From positions 96,001 to 160,000 of the forward strand of contig CAWEMM010000009.1 in the NCBI GenBank assembly GCA_963810095.1: a stretch of DNA of 64,000 bases. The letters are read 5' to 3'. Under the pieces are notes generated by a model that was given only the letters and a program-made list of their open reading frames with translations, had not been told where the DNA came from and searched no databases. Shown piece by piece: positions 61,668-64,000 of the stretch; the stretch's first letter is position 1; each line of letters begins with the position of its first letter. Position numbers and translations under genes: made by a program. The DNA comes from an uncultured Chloroflexia bacterium (GTDB lineage: Bacteria; Chloroflexota; Anaerolineae; CG2-30-64-16).

Positions 61668-62234
61668 TTACCGGCTCGGGTGGGCCATCTCGTCGACGCA
61701 CACCGCAATCGCCAGAATCAGCGCGTCGTCCTGTCCGGGGTCAATCTCGACGCCGTAGGTGTCGCGCAGGCGGAACCATTTCTTGGAGATCTCGGCGATC
61801 TTGTCGCGGCCTTCGCCAATGGTATATTCGTGGTCCAGGATGTTGCCCTGAACCTCGAGATCTGGCCCGCCGCGCACGTTGACGGTCCAGCGTTCGCGGA
61901 TCGGCGTGATGAGCGCTTTCTTCACCATGGCAACCCGCTGGCCGCGTGCGTCCTCGACCTCCATAGAGTCCTTGACGCGCAACATGCGCTCCTGGATCTT
62001 ATAGAGTTCCTGGCCGCGGGCGTCCTCGAGGATCAAGGTTTGGCGAACACGCAGCGCCTTGCCGTCTACCTTGTAGACCTTCTCCCCGCGATCGTTCTCG
62101 ATCCAGAAATCGTCGCCGATCGATATCATCTTCTGCCGCATCTGGTAGTGGTTTTTGCCGCCACCGCCGCCCAGTGGGCCCCCGCGGTCGTCTTGCCGCT
62201 CATCGCGGCGCTCTTCACGTGCTCCCCGACGCAT
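61668..62234 (-). CDS. LURP-one/Tubby-C (YxjI-like) protein
   Basis: YQMRQKMISIGDDFWIE, GNILDHEY, SKKWFRLRDTYGVEI. Confidence 0.85.
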   Translation of the reverse strand: MRRGAREERRDERQDDRGGPLGGGGGKNHYQMRQKMISIGDDFWIENDRGEKVYKVDGKALRVRQTLILEDARGQELYKIQERMLRVKDSMEVEDARGQRVAMVKKALITPIRERWTVNVRGGPDLEVQGNILDHEYTIGEGRDKIAEISKKWFRLRDTYGVEIDPGQDDALILAIAVCVDEMAHPSR

Positions 62235-62392
62235 AATGCTCTCCTTATTCTAGGGTGTGGACCGGTGTCCGGGTTTAGGGACAAGCCCTCAGCAGAAGGA
62301 CGCTTTCAGGTGTATCCGCTCTGACAGAGGACTCAAACGGTCTTGTTCCGTGCGTGTCCCGCCAGCGCAGGAGCGCTGGAAACTACAGTCGC

Positions 62393-62448
62393 ATGATACA
62401 GCTTTGTCCCCGCTCTGGACAGACCCAAAAGGGTGTACTTGCGGGTGA
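62393..62448 (-). promoter_or_regulatory. Shared motif copy 4
   Basis: Minus strand TCACCCG-CAAG-TACACCC-TTTTGGGTCT-22 nt-TATCAT. Confidence 0.75.
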
Positions 62449-62462
62449 TTATGAGCCGGCCG

Positions 62463-63090
62463 CTACTTTTTGGGCGCGGGGACCGCGGGCAGTTGCTCGA
62501 TGGCTTTCTTGTCGAGCTTTAGGTAGACGACGTCGCCTTCGACATGGTCCACCTGCTCCAGCGGGATCGTGACATCTCGCTTGCCCCAGAAATGCCCCTT
62601 GCGCAGGACCAGGTGCGACACGACGCCGGTCGCCGGCTCGATGATCAATTCCTCCACCTTGCCGACGTCGCCGTCCGCTGCTTCGACGCGCGCGTCTTGA
62701 TGGATCGCCAGCTCGTTCAGCCCCACCTGTTCCTGCTCCATCGTGGCGTTCGACAAGGCTTCCACCATGTAGGCTGCGTCGGGCGAGGTGTAGGGGCCCA
62801 TCACGTTTGCGCCCGCCATCGAGTCGGCCAGCCTGGCCAACTGCTCCTCATCGGCCGGCACTTCTATGACGAAGGGCTCCGCGCCGGCCAGCTGGGCGCA
62901 GGTCCAGCTCAAGTCGATGCGCACAGCCGAGCTGCTTGCGATGGCCTCGACCGGGACCCGCAGCTCGAGTTCCTCGACTGCAACCACGAAGTGGGTTACT
63001 TTTCTGGTTGGCCGGTCTACAACGATCGCGGTGCTGCGACCGCCCGGGTCCGTCGGAACAAAAAACCTGCACGTTCAATGGGATATCCAT
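62463..63090 (-). CDS. PRC-barrel domain protein (frameshift near 63045)
   Basis: MDIPLNVQVFCSDG N-term; VEAADGDVGKVEELIIEP...HLVLRKGHFWG. Confidence 0.8.
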
Positions 63091-63165
63091 GCGTCACAGC
63101 TCCTTCTTGAGTCGGTGGGGCGCGCTCTGCGCGCGCGTCGCACTGGATCGTCGTCCACCGCTGCC

Positions 63166-63221
63166 AGTATCGCGCAGACGGCGGCCGTCCGACAGACCTA
63201 AAAGGGTGTAGTCGGGGCGTA
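63166..63221 (-). promoter_or_regulatory. Shared motif copy 5
   Basis: Minus strand TACGCCC-CGAC-TACACCC-TTTTAGGTCT-22 nt-GATACT. Confidence 0.7.
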
Positions 63222-63256
63222 TTCGGGAAGAAACGGGGATGCGCCGGTCGAGCGGG

Positions 63257-64000
63257 TCAGGAAGACGAGGCGGGCGAAGACGGCCGGATGAGCTCGAGTT
63301 CAACGGCCTGTGCCACCGCCTCACGGCGGCCGCCGACCGACAGCTTCTGGTAAATGTTGACGGTGTGACGCTTAACCGTCATGGGGGAGATGGACAACTC
63401 CTTGGCGATTTCCTTGTTGCTGAGCCGTTCGTTAAGCAACGCCAGCACTTCGAGCTCGCGTTCGGAGAGCGGCTCGATGAGCCCCGCCTGGCCGTTCTGG
63501 CCGACCTTGTGCCCCGCCGGCGCCGTGTTGAAGTCGCCGGCCTTGTTGTCTCGGAGGGCCGCAGGAGCCACGGGCGCGTTGCGCAGGGCCGGTTGGGGTT
63601 GCGGCGTCTCGCCGAAGGCCGCCAGGAGGGAGTCGACGTACTCGGCCGTCTCATCCCGGGCAGCAAGCTGGCGGAGGAGCGCTGCCATGTTGGGACCCAA
63701 GTCGACGAAGACACGGACGAGGCCGCCGCGTCCAGCCAGGCGCACGGCCTGTGCGAGGGTCTCCAGCGCCGTTGCCCGATTCCGGCGGGCGTCGTGCAGC
63801 AGGGCCTCGAGCGCAAGCGCTTCGATTCAGAAAGCGCGTGTTGTGAGTGCTCTGGAGCGCCGCGCGCAGCTCGGTTAGCATGCGCCCGGCTTCGTCCAGG
63901 CCGGCCTGCGTTCCCTTGCCCAGCAGCACCTCGACCAGCGCGAGCGGCGAGGCGTAGAAAACGGGCAGCGCAGTAGCCCGGACCGTGTGATCTGCGCGCT
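63257..64000 (-). CDS. MalT-like LuxR-family regulator, C-terminal part (5' end outside window; frameshift near 63825)
   Basis: RVFVDLG..MAALL; EPLSERELEVLALL...SNKEIAKELSISPMTVKRHTVNIYQKL. Confidence 0.88.

Overview
GC-rich bacterial window. Gene content and Pro/Ala/Thr-linker lipoproteins suggest Chloroflexota/Anaerolineae (inference). It probably comes from an indel-prone long-read assembly, since more than a dozen otherwise intact genes are split by single frameshifts. Left two-thirds: two large minus-strand carbohydrate-catabolic units. Unit A (12634 to 1) has a LacI regulator, a corrinoid protein, two UroD/MtaA-like methyltransferases, a LacI-sensor/HK/REC/AraC hybrid and a sugar ABC transporter whose binding protein is internally duplicated. 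Unit B (37743 to 17264, about 20 kb) has a lactonase, Fe-ADH, two FGGY kinases, a Gld-like ABC exporter, a sugar ABC importer, a third UroD-like protein, a SorC regulator and an E1a/E1b/E2 dehydrogenase. Middle: GH43, class II aldolase, a CarD/Ddl-like/C39-peptidase trio, and an IS5/IS1182-like element with 16-bp TIRs and a 9-bp TSD. Right 18 kb: a cluster of argF, ppk2, an atypical P-type ATPase and DUF1269/SHOCT/HdeD/META/PRC genes. Five of its promoters share a tandem TACACCC motif exactly 22 nt upstream of a -10-like hexamer, next to a MalT-like LuxR regulator. This candidate regulon is the strongest sequence-level signal. No rRNA, tRNA or CRISPR array was seen. Family assignments come from motifs recognised by eye, not database searches.
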